A stretch of 56,603 nucleotides of DNA, counting the filler, from Nitrospiraceae bacterium (GTDB taxonomy: Bacteria > Nitrospirota > Nitrospiria > Nitrospirales > UBA2166), in the NCBI GenBank assembly GCA_002726235.1. It is 3 parts of 3 records of this genome, joined end to end, with 100 filler letters (N's around TTAATTAATTAA, not from the genome) between each part and the next. Parts side by side here need not be neighbours in the genome. Positions count along the whole stretch, not along the records: positions 22,990 to 49,184 come from PBSN01000015.1; 2 more parts are not named here. The stretch is one strand, 5' to 3'. Positions 33,024-43,969 of the stretch are shown here, in pieces. The translations under genes were made by a program, and so were the position numbers. The notes beneath the pieces were generated by a model. The model was given only the letters and a program-made list of their open reading frames with translations. It searched no databases and was not told where the DNA came from. Within the stretch, counting starts at the first letter, position 1; each line of letters starts with the position of its first letter.

Positions 33024-34349
33024 TTAACTCCCAAGCCGTAGTGAGCGTGTTAATGCGTCAATCGTGAGGGCGACGCTTCCCCCATCTTGTTTTTCTTTCT
33101 CTATCTTTTTACACGCGTGCATGATCGTAGTGTGGTCTTTTCCCCCAAAGTGTCGCCCGATTTCCGGATACGACATCTCAGTCAGATCACGACTCAAATA
33201 CATGGCAAGCTGCCGCGGCAACACGAGTGCCTTGGTTCGCTTCTTTGACTTCATGTCTGCGACTTTAACGCCAAAACGGGCCGCTACTGCATTCTGCACT
33301 TCTGCAATGTCAATTCTCTGCTGGGATGCGCTGAGAAGATCTCGCAGAACTTCTCTCGTGAGACTCATTGTAATGGGTTCGCCGGTTAGAGACGAAAATG
33401 CTCCCAGGCGAATCAAGCAACTTTCCAGTTCTCGAATATTTGAGCGAACGCTTGACGCGATAAAGTGGGCAATCTCATCAACCAATTTCATCCCTTCAGC
33501 GTCTGCTTTTTTCTGAAGAATTGCTACCCGAGTTTCTAGGTCTGGTGGTTGAATGTCGGCAATCAGCCCCCATGCAAACCGCGACTGAAGACGAGCCTCC
33601 ATCCCTGGTATATCTTTCGGGAAGCAGTCGCTCGAAAGCACAATCTGCTTCTGGGCTTCATAGAGTGCATTGAACGTATGAAACAACTCCTCCTGCGTCC
33701 GCTCTTTCCCGGCAATGAATTGTATGTCATCAATTAATAGGGTTTCCGCGCTGCGGTATTTTCTTCTGAACTCTACCATCTTGTCATATCGGATGGAGTG
33801 CACCACTTCGTTGGTGAATTGCTCCGATGACACATAGACGATCCTCATTCCGGGGTTCGCGTATAGCGTGGTCCCAATCGCATTGAGAAGGTGGGTTTTC
33901 CCCAGCCCTACTCCCCCGTAAATATAGAGAGGGTTGTAGGCTTTCGCCGGGTTTTCCGCGACCGCGAGACAGGCGGCGTGAGCAAACTGATTACTCGCGC
34001 CTACAACAAATTTTCCAAATGTGTATTTTGAATTGAGTTGGTTTATACGATTGGGTTTTTTATCAGGAGGTCGCGGGGGCTCGGGCTTGGCATCTTCAGC
34101 AGCGTCATCGGGTTTCCACTGAATCTCAACGGCATCGCAGCCTAGCAATTCTCCGATAACGTCACTCACGACATCTCTATAGTGCTCCTCAAGCCACTGT
34201 CCGAAAAATCGGTTCGGGACTCGAAGCGTAATTTCCTTGCCATTCACAGAATCCAAGGAGACAGATCGAAACCACGTATCAAACGCTTGATGCCCTATCC
34301 TCTCCTCTATGCTCCCTAGGCATTGCCCCCATATAGCAGAAACGTTCAT
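33024..34349 (-). CDS. dnaA: chromosomal replication initiator
   Basis: YNPLYIYGGVGLGKTHL, LIDDIQF, GGKDHTT. Confidence 0.98.
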   Translation of the reverse strand: MNVSAIWGQCLGSIEERIGHQAFDTWFRSVSLDSVNGKEITLRVPNRFFGQWLEEHYRDVVSDVIGELLGCDAVEIQWKPDDAAEDAKPEPPRPPDKKPNRINQLNSKYTFGKFVVGASNQFAHAACLAVAENPAKAYNPLYIYGGVGLGKTHLLNAIGTTLYANPGMRIVYVSSEQFTNEVVHSIRYDKMVEFRRKYRSAETLLIDDIQFIAGKERTQEELFHTFNALYEAQKQIVLSSDCFPKDIPGMEARLQSRFAWGLIADIQPPDLETRVAILQKKADAEGMKLVDEIAHFIASSVRSNIRELESCLIRLGAFSSLTGEPITMSLTREVLRDLLSASQQRIDIAEVQNAVAARFGVKVADMKSKKRTKALVLPRQLAMYLSRDLTEMSYPEIGRHFGGKDHTTIMHACKKIEKEKQDGGSVALTIDALTRSLRLGS

Positions 34350-34425
34350 TTGCTCACCCTATCCATTGTTTGCACTCTTCCATAATACATCTCTACACAA
34401 TCTCTATATGTCTCTACTCACAGCT

Positions 34426-34660
34426 TTATCAACACATGTGCATAACCTGTTACTTTATACCAATCCATCTTCCCATCTTCAAGGACCTTCCATGAGCAAC
34501 CACAGGCCACCCCCATAGAACCCCAATGCCAATGTACTTTCTTCATACGCATTCACACTCATTAATTTCATTGTTTTTCAACAACTTATGAAATTATGCA
34601 CAGTGTCAACAGTCCTTACTATTACTACTATTACTATTATTCTTTCTTATATAGATAATA
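34426..34660. other. oriC: probable oriC: DnaA boxes, DnaA-trios and AT-rich tract
   Basis: TTATCAACA 34426, TGTGCATAA 34437, TTTTCAACA 34575, TTATGCACA 34594, GTGTCAACA 34603, GTCC, then TACTATTACTACTATTACTATTAT 34617-34640. Confidence 0.8.
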
Positions 34661-34693
34661 AAGAATAAGAAGAAGGTGCTACACCAAACCTCC

Positions 34694-34969
34694 CTACCAG
34701 GTAACAATTTCATCAGTTTCAAAAATGAGATCCATAAGGCCATCATATCCTAATATTTGAGGCGAATGTGAGGATGCTGATGCATTAAAAGAGTGACTCT
34801 CAGGGGACAAAAGTGAAAATATCGGAGTGTCCGCCGAAACGATAGTTTCTGTGAGCTTTTGTGCAGTGACTACCGTGACTCGAAGGTCTGCTCTTTCGCT
34901 TTGCGAATGCAGGATTGCTTGTAGAGGAGGTTCAACCGTATTGGTGATTAGGTAGAGGATGCGCTTCAC
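34694..34969 (-). CDS. DsrH/TusB-like small protein
   Basis: MKRILYLI...YDGLMDLIFETDEIVTW; third of three small genes; GTG start. Confidence 0.6.
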   Translation of the reverse strand: MKRILYLITNTVEPPLQAILHSQSERADLRVTVVTAQKLTETIVSADTPIFSLLSPESHSFNASASSHSPQILGYDGLMDLIFETDEIVTW

Positions 34970-34982
34970 TGGAAAACCATAG

Positions 34983-35327
34983 TTAGAAAGCCATGGAGTA
35001 TGAAGAGCGGGCAATCATGTCAGATATTTGTGAGTGAGAGACAGGATGGATTGAAAAAGAAGGGTCAAAATCTATGTGAATGGAAGACTCCTTTTCAACA
35101 TAAAAAGGTGTTCTCATGTCCTGAAAAATAGGGAGAAGTTTCTCTAGTGTATCATTATCAGACCCTTCGTTAAAGTCTTTTGAGAGAAGAGATAAGGCGT
35201 GATTTAGTAAGATAATGTCTGTCGATTGCCCGCTTGCAAGGAAAGAAAGTGCAATTCTGAGACCTTCAATCGAGCGATGTGTGGTAGAGGGATCGCTTCG
35301 AAGGAGAAATAAGATGGATGGTGTCAT
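34983..35327 (-). CDS. DsrF/TusC-like (DsrE family) protein
   Basis: ILFLLRSDP...EGLRIAL...FYVEKES. Confidence 0.65.
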   Translation of the reverse strand: MTPSILFLLRSDPSTTHRSIEGLRIALSFLASGQSTDIILLNHALSLLSKDFNEGSDNDTLEKLLPIFQDMRTPFYVEKESSIHIDFDPSFSIHPVSHSQISDMIARSSYSMAF

Positions 35328-35348
35328 GTGTGAAGCATTGGAGTTTAG

Positions 35349-35669
35349 CTAATTGAGAGCAAGGAAGCGATCCGTTCCACGAATAATATTGGAGAGAATG
35401 ACGAGTCCGCAAAAAACAATGTCTTTATCGGTGGATGAAGAGGGGATTTGTCGTTGCATGCAGCCATAGGCGCAGACAAATAGTTTCACATGAGGACAGC
35501 GAAACTCAGAGAATGATGGGGTAGAGAGGTGATGCACTCCATCATCAATGAGGTAAAGAGAAACGATGATATTTCTCTCTCCTGCGACTTGGAGGAGTCC
35601 AAGCGCAACAGCGGTATTTCTGTGAGCTGGGGGGGTTGAAAGGAGAATCCCGAGGGTCTTCTTCTGCAT
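35349..35669 (-). CDS. DsrE/TusD-like sulfur-relay protein
   Basis: LGILLSTPP, LYLIDDGV, CAYGCMQR, GLVIL...DRFL; start taken at MQKKTL. Confidence 0.72.
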   Translation of the reverse strand: MQKKTLGILLSTPPAHRNTAVALGLLQVAGERNIIVSLYLIDDGVHHLSTPSFSEFRCPHVKLFVCAYGCMQRQIPSSSTDKDIVFCGLVILSNIIRGTDRFLALN

Positions 35670-35956
35670 AAGAGGCTCAGAAAAAACGCAGAGCGATAGC
35701 ATCATATCCCTATGCCATTTAGCGTGTCAACCAGGAAAACCCCCCTATTTTCTCTTGCTGAATACCCCAAGTTGAGATCGAAAAACCCTCTTTTTCCCTG
35801 CGGCTACAGATACAATTTTGGCTCATGCGTGAGGTAGAGGAAAAGGAAAGAAATAGGGAGGAAAGAAGTGTGGAGGTGAGCACGAAAAAGAGCCCCCAGC
35901 TTGACTTTGCGTCTTCCCATGCGGTAGATGTTCTAGTTGCCAGTCTTGAGCCTGAG

Positions 35957-36039
35957 GCGAGAGTGGCGGAATAGGCAGACGCGCAAGATTTAGGATCTTG
36001 TGGGGAACCGTGAGGGTTCGAGTCCCTCCTCTCGCACCA
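35957..36039 (+). tRNA. tRNA-Leu(TAG)
   Basis: GCGAGAG/CTCTCGC acceptor stem, CAAGA-TTTAGGA-TCTTG anticodon arm, variable arm, GTTCGAGT, CCA. Confidence 0.96.
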
Positions 36040-36077
36040 GTTCTCACACGTCGTATTGGGATCCATTTGGAGAGTTG

Positions 36078-37379
36078 ATGAAGGTCGAGGTAGGTGAAAT
36101 TAGCTCGGTGAGGCGTACGCTCACCATCGAGGTTTCCGAGGAAGATGTCAAGAAGGAGTTTGCCCGTGCCTACACCGATCTTAGAAAGAGGGTTCGCGTT
36201 CCTGGGTTCCGACCTGGAAAAGCGCCTCACTCTCTCTTGGAGAGGAAGTACGCCGACGTTGTGGCGGAGGACGTTGTGCTAAAGCTTGTCCCTGACTATT
36301 CCCGCCGTGCAGTTAAGGAATCCGGAATGAGTCCGATTATGGTTGAATTTCCATCCATCGACCATAAGTCTATCCACACAGATAAGGCTTTCTCGTTCAC
36401 CACAACCATTGAGATTAAGCCCAATTTTAAAATGAATGATATCAATGGGATTCCTCTAAGCAAAGAGACTCGAAAGATTACGGCGGAAGACGAGGAGAAA
36501 GCGCTTGATGCTCTTCGGCATCGCCAGGCCACGCTACACGAGGTCACGGAAGAAAGGGAGACTGTAGAGGGTGACTTTGTGAGTGTTGATATTAGCGGTT
36601 TTGTTGGAGGTCGGCCAATCGAGGCGCTCACGCAAACCGGGGTCCTCGTCCACCTCGGTTCCAAAAGCTCATACATGGGAGTAGAACTTGATGCCCAGCT
36701 CACTGCGCAGCGCAAAGGAGATACGATTGATGTGACTGGCACTTATCCCAAGGATTCTTCCCATTCTGACCTGAGCGGTAAACCCGTCGCGCTTGCGATT
36801 CACGTTCGCGCGGTGAAGGCCTCAGTGCTGCCTGAGCTTGATGATGAATTTGCGACTGATCTGGGATTGACGTCGTTGGGCGAACTCAAACAGAAGGTGC
36901 GTGAGGGGCTAGAAGTACAGTTAAAGCGGGACACCGAAAAATTATATAAAGATCAGCTTGTCAAGCATCTTGTCGATACGCATACTTTTGATATTCCGCC
37001 ATCACTTCTCCAAGAGGAGATGGCGCTCGCTATGCAACATGTTGAGCATGATCATCAACATGAACATGGGGACGACGACGGTTCGGAGAAGCAGGACAAA
37101 TTGCGAACGCTGAGAGCCAATATTCAGGAAACGGCCATGGCACAGGTCAAGGCACGGCTGATTCTTGATGCGATTGCGAAAGAACAAGGCTTTACGCTTT
37201 CAGATGACGAAATTGAAACTGAATACAGGAGCCTTGCTGAACAGATGAAACTCTCCGTCGCTGAGGTGAAAAGGAAAGTCCATGCCGGGGGAGATCGTGG
37301 GGTTGAGCGTCTCAAGGCCAGACTGCTGCATCTAAAAGCCATCCAGCATGTCTATGACAACGCACATATTCAAGACTGA
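36078..37379 (+). CDS. tig: trigger factor
   Basis: VPGFRPGKAP; precedes clpP. Confidence 0.95.
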   Translation: MKVEVGEISSVRRTLTIEVSEEDVKKEFARAYTDLRKRVRVPGFRPGKAPHSLLERKYADVVAEDVVLKLVPDYSRRAVKESGMSPIMVEFPSIDHKSIHTDKAFSFTTTIEIKPNFKMNDINGIPLSKETRKITAEDEEKALDALRHRQATLHEVTEERETVEGDFVSVDISGFVGGRPIEALTQTGVLVHLGSKSSYMGVELDAQLTAQRKGDTIDVTGTYPKDSSHSDLSGKPVALAIHVRAVKASVLPELDDEFATDLGLTSLGELKQKVREGLEVQLKRDTEKLYKDQLVKHLVDTHTFDIPPSLLQEEMALAMQHVEHDHQHEHGDDDGSEKQDKLRTLRANIQETAMAQVKARLILDAIAKEQGFTLSDDEIETEYRSLAEQMKLSVAEVKRKVHAGGDRGVERLKARLLHLKAIQHVYDNAHIQD

Positions 37380-37401
37380 GCGAGTATAAGGAGCACTCCG
37401 A

Positions 37402-38004
37402 ATGCTAATTCCAATGGTCATCGAACATTCCAGTCGCGGAGAGCGTGCGTACGATATTTACTCTCGGTTGCTGAAAGACCGAATTGTTTTTATCGGTGAG
37501 CCGATTGATGATAACGTCTCAAATCTCGTCATTGCCCAATTATTGTTCTTGGAAGCCGAAGGCCCTGAAAAAGATATCAGCATCTATATCAACTCTCCAG
37601 GCGGCATGGTCACTGCGGGGCTTGCGATTTATGACACCATGCAATATATCAAGTCTCCGATCTCGTCAATATGCGTGGGGCAAGCATCAAGCATGGGAGC
37701 CTTACTCCTTGCGGCCGGGACAGCGGGAAAGAGGTTTGCCTTACCGAATGCACGAATCATGATTCATCAACCCATGGGAGGCTTTTCGGGGCAAGCCACT
37801 GATATCGATATTCAGGCCAAAGAGATTTTAAAGATGCGTCAACGGCTGAACGAAATCCTTGTCTGCCATACAGGACAATCGATTGAAAAAATCCGTGCGG
37901 ATACCGAGCGTGATTATTTCATGACGGGAGAAGAATGTTTGGCATATGGCCTGATTGATGAAGTTATTTTACGCATAAGTGAAGAGCGGAAGAGCGAGTC
38001 GTAG
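37402..38004 (+). CDS. clpP: Clp protease proteolytic subunit
   Basis: [26 protein letters not shown]. Confidence 0.98.
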   Translation: MLIPMVIEHSSRGERAYDIYSRLLKDRIVFIGEPIDDNVSNLVIAQLLFLEAEGPEKDISIYINSPGGMVTAGLAIYDTMQYIKSPISSICVGQASSMGALLLAAGTAGKRFALPNARIMIHQPMGGFSGQATDIDIQAKEILKMRQRLNEILVCHTGQSIEKIRADTERDYFMTGEECLAYGLIDEVILRISEERKSES

Positions 38005-38015
38005 GAAGGACCCAT

Positions 38016-39266
38016 ATGGCAAAAGCAGACAAGGGACAGGGGCAGCTCCGATGTTCCTTTTGCGGCAAGGGGCGGGATGATGTCCATAAGCTTATTGCCG
38101 GACCCGTGGTGTACATTTGCGACGAATGCGTCGACTTATGCAACGATATCATCGCAGAGGAGTGCGAGGAAGAGCGAGAGGCGATTGCCGGACGGCTGAT
38201 TAAACCAGCCGAAATTCGCACGGTTCTCGACCAATATGTCATCGGGCAAGACCGAGCCAAGAAGATCCTCTCGGTTGCAGTCCACAATCACTACAAGCGA
38301 GTTGCAGCGAGCATGACTGATGAGGTCGAGCTTCACAAGGGGAATATCCTCATTCTCGGACCCACTGGAAGTGGAAAGACGTTACTCGCACAAACCCTTG
38401 CGCGCATTCTTGATGTTCCCTTTACCATCGCTGACGCCACGACGCTGACTGAGGCTGGATATGTCGGGGACGATGTCGAAAACATCATTCTGAAACTCCT
38501 TCAAGCAGCGGATTACGATGTCGAGCGCGCAGAACGCGGGATCGTCTACGTTGATGAGATTGACAAAATCAGCCGAAAAAATGACAGTCCATCGATTACA
38601 CGGGATGTATCTGGGGAAGGCGTCCAGCAGGCGTTGCTCAAGTTGATCGAGGGTACAGTTGCGAATGTCCCTCCACAGGGAGGGCGCAAGCACCCGCATC
38701 AGGAATTTATTCAGGTTGATACATCACATATCCTATTCATTTGCGGTGGTGCGTTTGTCGGTATCGACGATGTGATTAGCCAGCGCATGAATCAGAAAAC
38801 AATGGGGTTCGGGGCCAACGTGAGCGGATCCAAGGATCAGGATGCCGGAAATGTATTACAGAAAATTCAACCCGAAGACTTGCTAAACTACGGACTCATT
38901 CCGGAATTCGTTGGACGGCTTCCGGTCATTGCGACGCTTGACGAGCTGGACGAAAAAGCCTTCATAAGAATTCTTCGCGAGCCTCGCAATGCCCTGACCA
39001 AGCAATACGAAAAGCTGTTTTCATTTGAGAAAGTGCGGCTAAAATTTACCGACAGTGCACTTGCGGCCATTGCCAAGAAAGGGTACGCGCAAAAGACGGG
39101 TGCACGAGGACTTCGAGCAATTATGGAGGAGGCACTGCTGGATTTAATGTACGATCTTCCGTCGCGTACGGACATCAAAGAGTGCATCATCACGGAGGAG
39201 ACCATCTCAGGGTCTGGACAAGGAGCTTTAATTCCAATTCAAGATACAGATGCAAAGTCTGCGTAG
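38016..39266 (+). CDS. clpX: Clp protease ATPase subunit
   Basis: CSFC zinc finger, [19 protein letters not shown]. Confidence 0.98.
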   Translation: MAKADKGQGQLRCSFCGKGRDDVHKLIAGPVVYICDECVDLCNDIIAEECEEEREAIAGRLIKPAEIRTVLDQYVIGQDRAKKILSVAVHNHYKRVAASMTDEVELHKGNILILGPTGSGKTLLAQTLARILDVPFTIADATTLTEAGYVGDDVENIILKLLQAADYDVERAERGIVYVDEIDKISRKNDSPSITRDVSGEGVQQALLKLIEGTVANVPPQGGRKHPHQEFIQVDTSHILFICGGAFVGIDDVISQRMNQKTMGFGANVSGSKDQDAGNVLQKIQPEDLLNYGLIPEFVGRLPVIATLDELDEKAFIRILREPRNALTKQYEKLFSFEKVRLKFTDSALAAIAKKGYAQKTGARGLRAIMEEALLDLMYDLPSRTDIKECIITEETISGSGQGALIPIQDTDAKSA

Positions 39267-39349
39267 CTCCTAATGATGTTTTGAGGAAACACCATGAGGA
39301 GTTATAGATCGGCATAACTTAGCGCGTAGGTAGGAGGGCAACCGTACTA

Positions 39350-39544
39350 ATGGAAATTCGAGTATTCAATAACAATGTCGAGAAGGCACTGAAAATTGTG
39401 AAAAAGAAGCTTGCTGGGGAGGGGCTCTTTCGAGAGCTTAAGCGACGGCGATTTTACGAGAAGCCCAGCATGCGGAAAAAAAAGAAGGAGCGTGAGGCCA
39501 ACCGGCGTCGCTTGAAATGGTTGATGAAGCGGCGGGCTGGTTGA
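39350..39544 (+). CDS. rpsU: 30S ribosomal protein S21
   Basis: RRRFYEKPS; GGAGG RBS. Confidence 0.93.
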   Translation: MEIRVFNNNVEKALKIVKKKLAGEGLFRELKRRRFYEKPSMRKKKKEREANRRRLKWLMKRRAG

Positions 39545-39939
39545 ATGGGTCTATGTTGCGTGCTCCTGGCTAGGCACTGAACCGGTTGCACCTTCATAGT
39601 GCACTGCAGTGCTTTACACACCAGCGTCTGCGTACGCTGATAGTCTTCACGGGTATTAACTTCCATTCAGCCTTTGTACATTTTGCATCGGTCACTTCAA
39701 GGCCCGCTCCGATAAGTTCTTGAGTCAACTCTGTAAAGTCCGCCGTGCGAATCGGCAGTGATTCGTAGAAAATGCTTTCCTAAATATCGTTCGTGTGTCT
39801 TGTGATATCCCTGCGTAAGGCGCCCGGTTTCTTTTTCGAACACAAAGCCATCCTAAAATTCTCCATACAGATTTATCCATGCATCTGGTTATGACCCAAC
39901 TATTGGCCAATATAGGCTATTGCGGGAATGTCATCATTT

Positions 39940-40055
39940 TTATTCACAGCGCTCTCAACAGACGATGCGGGAATTTCCACAGGAAAGTACATTGTTATCA
40001 ACAGGAAAACAACAGTATATAGTATTTAATGCAATAAAGTACTGGATATTTAGTG
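39940..40055 (+). promoter_or_regulatory. DnaA boxes and tandem NrdR boxes upstream of nrdJ
   Basis: TTATTCACA 39940, ATTTCCACA 39973, TTATCAACA 39995; NrdR-like AACAGTATATAGTA 40011 and CTGGATATTTAGTG 40042, 31 bp apart. Confidence 0.65.
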
Positions 40056-40140
40056 TTGCTTGCTTTATTCTACGTGGATCAGGTTTGCAGGGTTTTTGCC
40101 GTAATTCCGAGAAGTCAATCCGTGGTTGTGGAGGGTGTAT

Positions 40141-43100
40141 ATGAGGATCCAAAGACGATTTACGCAAGCTGGAGCTAGCCCCTACAAAGACATTCAGTTT
40201 ATCAAGCGCTTCTCAGAGATCCGGAATCCTGATGGGTCCGTTGTCTTTCACATGGATCAAGTAGATGTACCCGAAGACTGGTCTCAGCTCGCAGTTGATA
40301 TCCTCGCGCAAAAATATTTTCGCAAAGCAGGCGTTTCCCAGGCGCACACGAATGGGACCTTGGAGAAGGAATCAGATGGTAAACCTGTGTTGGGTGGTGA
40401 ACATGATGCTCGCCAGGTGTTCCATAGGCTTGCCGGGTGTTGGACCCAGTGGGGAAAGGACGGAGGGTACTTTCAGGCCGACACGGATGCCAATGCTTTT
40501 TATGACGAAGTCTGTTACATGCTAGCGACTCAGATGGCTGCACCAAATTCGCCGCAGTGGTTTAACACCGGCCTCAACTATGCCTATGGCCTCGTTGGCC
40601 CGTCTCAGGGGCATTTTTATGTAGACCCGAAAAGTGGCAAGGTTCAAAAGACGGAGAACGCCTATGAGCGTCCTCAAGTACACGCCTGCTTTATCCAGTC
40701 AATCAACGATGATTTGGTCAATGACGGCGGGATCATGGATTTATGGGTTCGGGAAGCTCGCCTGTTTAAGTACGGATCGGGTACGGGAACCAATTTCTCA
40801 AATCTTCGAGGGAACGGAGAGCAGTTATCGGGAGGCGGGAAGTCTTCTGGACTCATGTCGTTCCTAAAGATCGGCGATCGTGCCGCCGGGGCCATCAAAT
40901 CTGGTGGGACCACTCGACGTGCCGCGAAGATGGTGTGCTTGGATCTTGACCATCCTGATATCGAGGAGTTTATCGACTGGAAGGTCGTCGAAGAACAAAA
41001 AGTTGCAGCAATGGTCACCGGGTCAAAGATTTGCGCGCGCATGCTCAACGAAGTGTTGCAGGCGTGCTATGTCAAAAATGGGAATGGCCATCCACAAGTT
41101 AAAACGGATGTGAAGGAAAATCAGGTTCTCAGGCACGCAGTGCAAGCGGCACGGCGAGAGAATGTCCCTGATGCTTACATTCAGCGCATGTTCGTCTATG
41201 CGCGAGAAGGGTTTACCCATTTTGTGTTTCATGAATATGACACGAACTGGGACAGCAACGCGTATCAGACCGTCGCTGGGCAAAATTCAAATAACAGTAT
41301 TCGCGTGCCCAATGAATTTTTCCATGAGCTTGAAAAAGATGGCGATTGGACGTTGCGACAGCGGACCGATGGGACGGTGGCAAAAACCGTCAAGGCGCGA
41401 GAATTGTGGGACCGCATTTCATGGGCTGCGTGGATTTGTGCAGATCCAGGAATCCAATATGACACAACGATTAATGACTGGCATACCTGTCCAGAAGACG
41501 GGCGTATCAACGCCTCGAATCCTTGTTCAGAATATATGTTTCTTGATGATACCGCATGTAATCTTGCATCGCTAAATCTTGGAAAATTTGTAAAAGCCGA
41601 TGGATCGTTTGATATCGATAGCTTCAAGCATGCTGTTCGGATTTGGACCATTGTGCTTGAGATTAGTGTGTTCATGGCGTCGTTTCCGAGCCGGGCCATT
41701 GCCGAGAAGAGCTATGCGTTTCGCACCCTTGGGTTGGGATATGCGAATCTCGGATCGATGTTGATGCGCCAAGGCATTTCGTATGATTCAGTTGAGTCGC
41801 TTGCGATTTGCGGAGGAATTACCGCGATTCTTACAGGTGAATCGTATGCTACATCAGCGGAAATAGCTGCGGAGCTTGGGCCCTTTGCGGGATTTGCAAA
41901 GAACAGAGAGCATATGTTGCGAGTAATTCGTAACCATCGTCATGCGGCCTATGATGGTGCACCCGAAGAATACGAGGGTCTCGGTATTGTGCCGAAAGGT
42001 CTTGATGTTGAACATTGTCCTCCAGAGCTGGTAACAGCCGCACGTGACGCCTGGGATCGTGCGTTGGAATTGGGCAAGGCTCATGGGTACCGTAATGCGC
42101 AGACAACGTGTATCGCACCGACTGGAACGATAGGTTTGGTGATGGACTGTGACACCACTGGTATCGAGCCGGATTTCGCGCTGGTGAAGTTTAAGAAACT
42201 CGCGGGAGGGGGATACTTTAAAATAATCAATCAAAGCCTGCCCCTAGCATTGGCACGCCTCGGGTACTCGGAGGTCGAAATCCAAGATATCGTCACCTAT
42301 GCTATCGGACATGGGACCCTCGAGGATGCTCCGGAAATCAATCATGAGACACTGACAGAGAAAGGGTTTGACAGTACCGCTATTGATCGTCTTGAAGCTT
42401 TGCTGGGACAGGCATTTGACATTTCCTTTGCGCTGAATCCTTTAACGCTTGGTGAGGAGTTTTGCCGAGAACACCTTGGGATCACTAGCGAACAAATTGG
42501 AAAGCCACGCTTCAATTTATTGAAAGCGCTCGGATTCACCCAAGCTCAGATCGATGCGGCAAATGACTATTGCAGCGGCACCATGACTGTCGAAGGCGCA
42601 CCTCATCTTAAGCTAGAACACCTATCGGTCTTTGACTGTGCGAACAGATGTGGACGTATAGGGAAGCGGTTTCTTGCGGTGGCGGCCCATATTCAGGTGA
42701 TGGCAGCCGCGCAACCATTTATCAGTGGGGCGATAAGCAAAACGATTAATTTACCCGCTGAGGCTACGGTTGAGGATGTCATGGCATCATATATCTTGGC
42801 ATGGCGGAGCATGCTTAAAGCGGTTGCGCTCTATCGGGACGGGTCGAAGCTCAGCCAGCCGCTGAGTGCGTCAATTAATGTGGATGAACTGGAAGAGTTC
42901 GGTGCCGACCTTAAGGCAACGCCGGTTGCCGCATCTGTGGTGGAAGATCTCAGTCACCGAATCTTGGTGAGGTATTTGGCGAAACGACGGCCATTGCCCG
43001 GACGAAGATCTGGCTACACCCAGAAAGCGATCATCGGAGGACACAAGTTGTATCTTAGAACCGGTGAGTACGAGGATGGCACTATAGGTGAAATATTCCT

Positions 43101-43731
43101 CGATATGCATAAAGAAGGCGCTGCGTTTCGGAGCCTAATGAATTGTTTTGCCATTGCAGTGTCACTCGGCCTTCAGCACGGTGTGCCGCTGGAGCGATTT
43201 GTCGACGCCTTCGTGTTCACTCGTTTTGAACCAAGTGGACCCGTAAGAATGAACGACCATATCAAAATGAGCACTTCGCTAATCGATTATATTTTCCGAG
43301 AGCTGGCAATCACCTATCTCGGACGGGAAGATCTCGCGCAAGTGGTTGAAGACGACCTCCGCGTGGATTCCGTAAAGAAAGATCCGGAATGTCTCGATGA
43401 AGTCTTGCCAGATAAGCATGAACTTGCTGCTGCGTCTATTAGCACACATCTCTTTCCAGCACGGAGTCGGGTTGATCATGGGAACGGCAATGGTCATGAG
43501 AACGGCAATGGTCATGAGAACGGCAATGGTCATGAGAACGGCAATGGTGCTGTCCGTACAATGCTGAAAGGTGCGCAGAAGATGGTGACGGCTACCGCCG
43601 AAATACAAGAAGCACGGATGAAAGGGTACGAAGGTGATCCCTGTTCTAACTGCGGGCTTTTTAAGATGGTCAGAACCGGAACTTGTCTGAGATGTGACGA
43701 TTGTCACGAAGTTAGCGCAGGGTGTTCGTAG
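40141..43731 (+). CDS. nrdJ: vitamin B12-dependent class II ribonucleotide reductase
   Basis: [37 protein letters not shown]-terminal TSCPD and CxxC..CxxC. Confidence 0.96.
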   Translation: MRIQRRFTQAGASPYKDIQFIKRFSEIRNPDGSVVFHMDQVDVPEDWSQLAVDILAQKYFRKAGVSQAHTNGTLEKESDGKPVLGGEHDARQVFHRLAGCWTQWGKDGGYFQADTDANAFYDEVCYMLATQMAAPNSPQWFNTGLNYAYGLVGPSQGHFYVDPKSGKVQKTENAYERPQVHACFIQSINDDLVNDGGIMDLWVREARLFKYGSGTGTNFSNLRGNGEQLSGGGKSSGLMSFLKIGDRAAGAIKSGGTTRRAAKMVCLDLDHPDIEEFIDWKVVEEQKVAAMVTGSKICARMLNEVLQACYVKNGNGHPQVKTDVKENQVLRHAVQAARRENVPDAYIQRMFVYAREGFTHFVFHEYDTNWDSNAYQTVAGQNSNNSIRVPNEFFHELEKDGDWTLRQRTDGTVAKTVKARELWDRISWAAWICADPGIQYDTTINDWHTCPEDGRINASNPCSEYMFLDDTACNLASLNLGKFVKADGSFDIDSFKHAVRIWTIVLEISVFMASFPSRAIAEKSYAFRTLGLGYANLGSMLMRQGISYDSVESLAICGGITAILTGESYATSAEIAAELGPFAGFAKNREHMLRVIRNHRHAAYDGAPEEYEGLGIVPKGLDVEHCPPELVTAARDAWDRALELGKAHGYRNAQTTCIAPTGTIGLVMDCDTTGIEPDFALVKFKKLAGGGYFKIINQSLPLALARLGYSEVEIQDIVTYAIGHGTLEDAPEINHETLTEKGFDSTAIDRLEALLGQAFDISFALNPLTLGEEFCREHLGITSEQIGKPRFNLLKALGFTQAQIDAANDYCSGTMTVEGAPHLKLEHLSVFDCANRCGRIGKRFLAVAAHIQVMAAAQPFISGAISKTINLPAEATVEDVMASYILAWRSMLKAVALYRDGSKLSQPLSASINVDELEEFGADLKATPVAASVVEDLSHRILVRYLAKRRPLPGRRSGYTQKAIIGGHKLYLRTGEYEDGTIGEIFLDMHKEGAAFRSLMNCFAIAVSLGLQHGVPLERFVDAFVFTRFEPSGPVRMNDHIKMSTSLIDYIFRELAITYLGREDLAQVVEDDLRVDSVKKDPECLDEVLPDKHELAAASISTHLFPARSRVDHGNGNGHENGNGHENGNGHENGNGAVRTMLKGAQKMVTATAEIQEARMKGYEGDPCSNCGLFKMVRTGTCLRCDDCHEVSAGCS
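43482..43548 (+). repeat. in-frame 18-bp tandem repeat, about 3.7 copies (NGNGHE)
   Basis: GAACGGCAATGGTCATGA x3 plus a partial copy. Confidence 0.95.
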
Positions 43732-43969
43732 GCGTCATAAGAGCGTATGTGTTTTGATGTCATCATGCGGTTGCGATGAGGAAAGCGGGCAAGAAAACGG
43801 TTCGTGCATTCAACTCGTCAGTGTAACGGTGCTAATTCTGGTGAGGAGGTAGCATGCGTCCGGTAATCGTCTCTGGCCGGAGCATGTGACGTAACGATCG
43901 CATGCCCCTGTCGCACATTGCGCCGATGAGTAAGGCGAAAACGCCGTTGGCGAGCTTTTCGCCATTCTG

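Noticed and set aside
39545..40140. Cobalamin riboswitch upstream of nrdJ
   Set aside because: No B12-box or conserved core recognised by eye; an Rfam scan would settle it.
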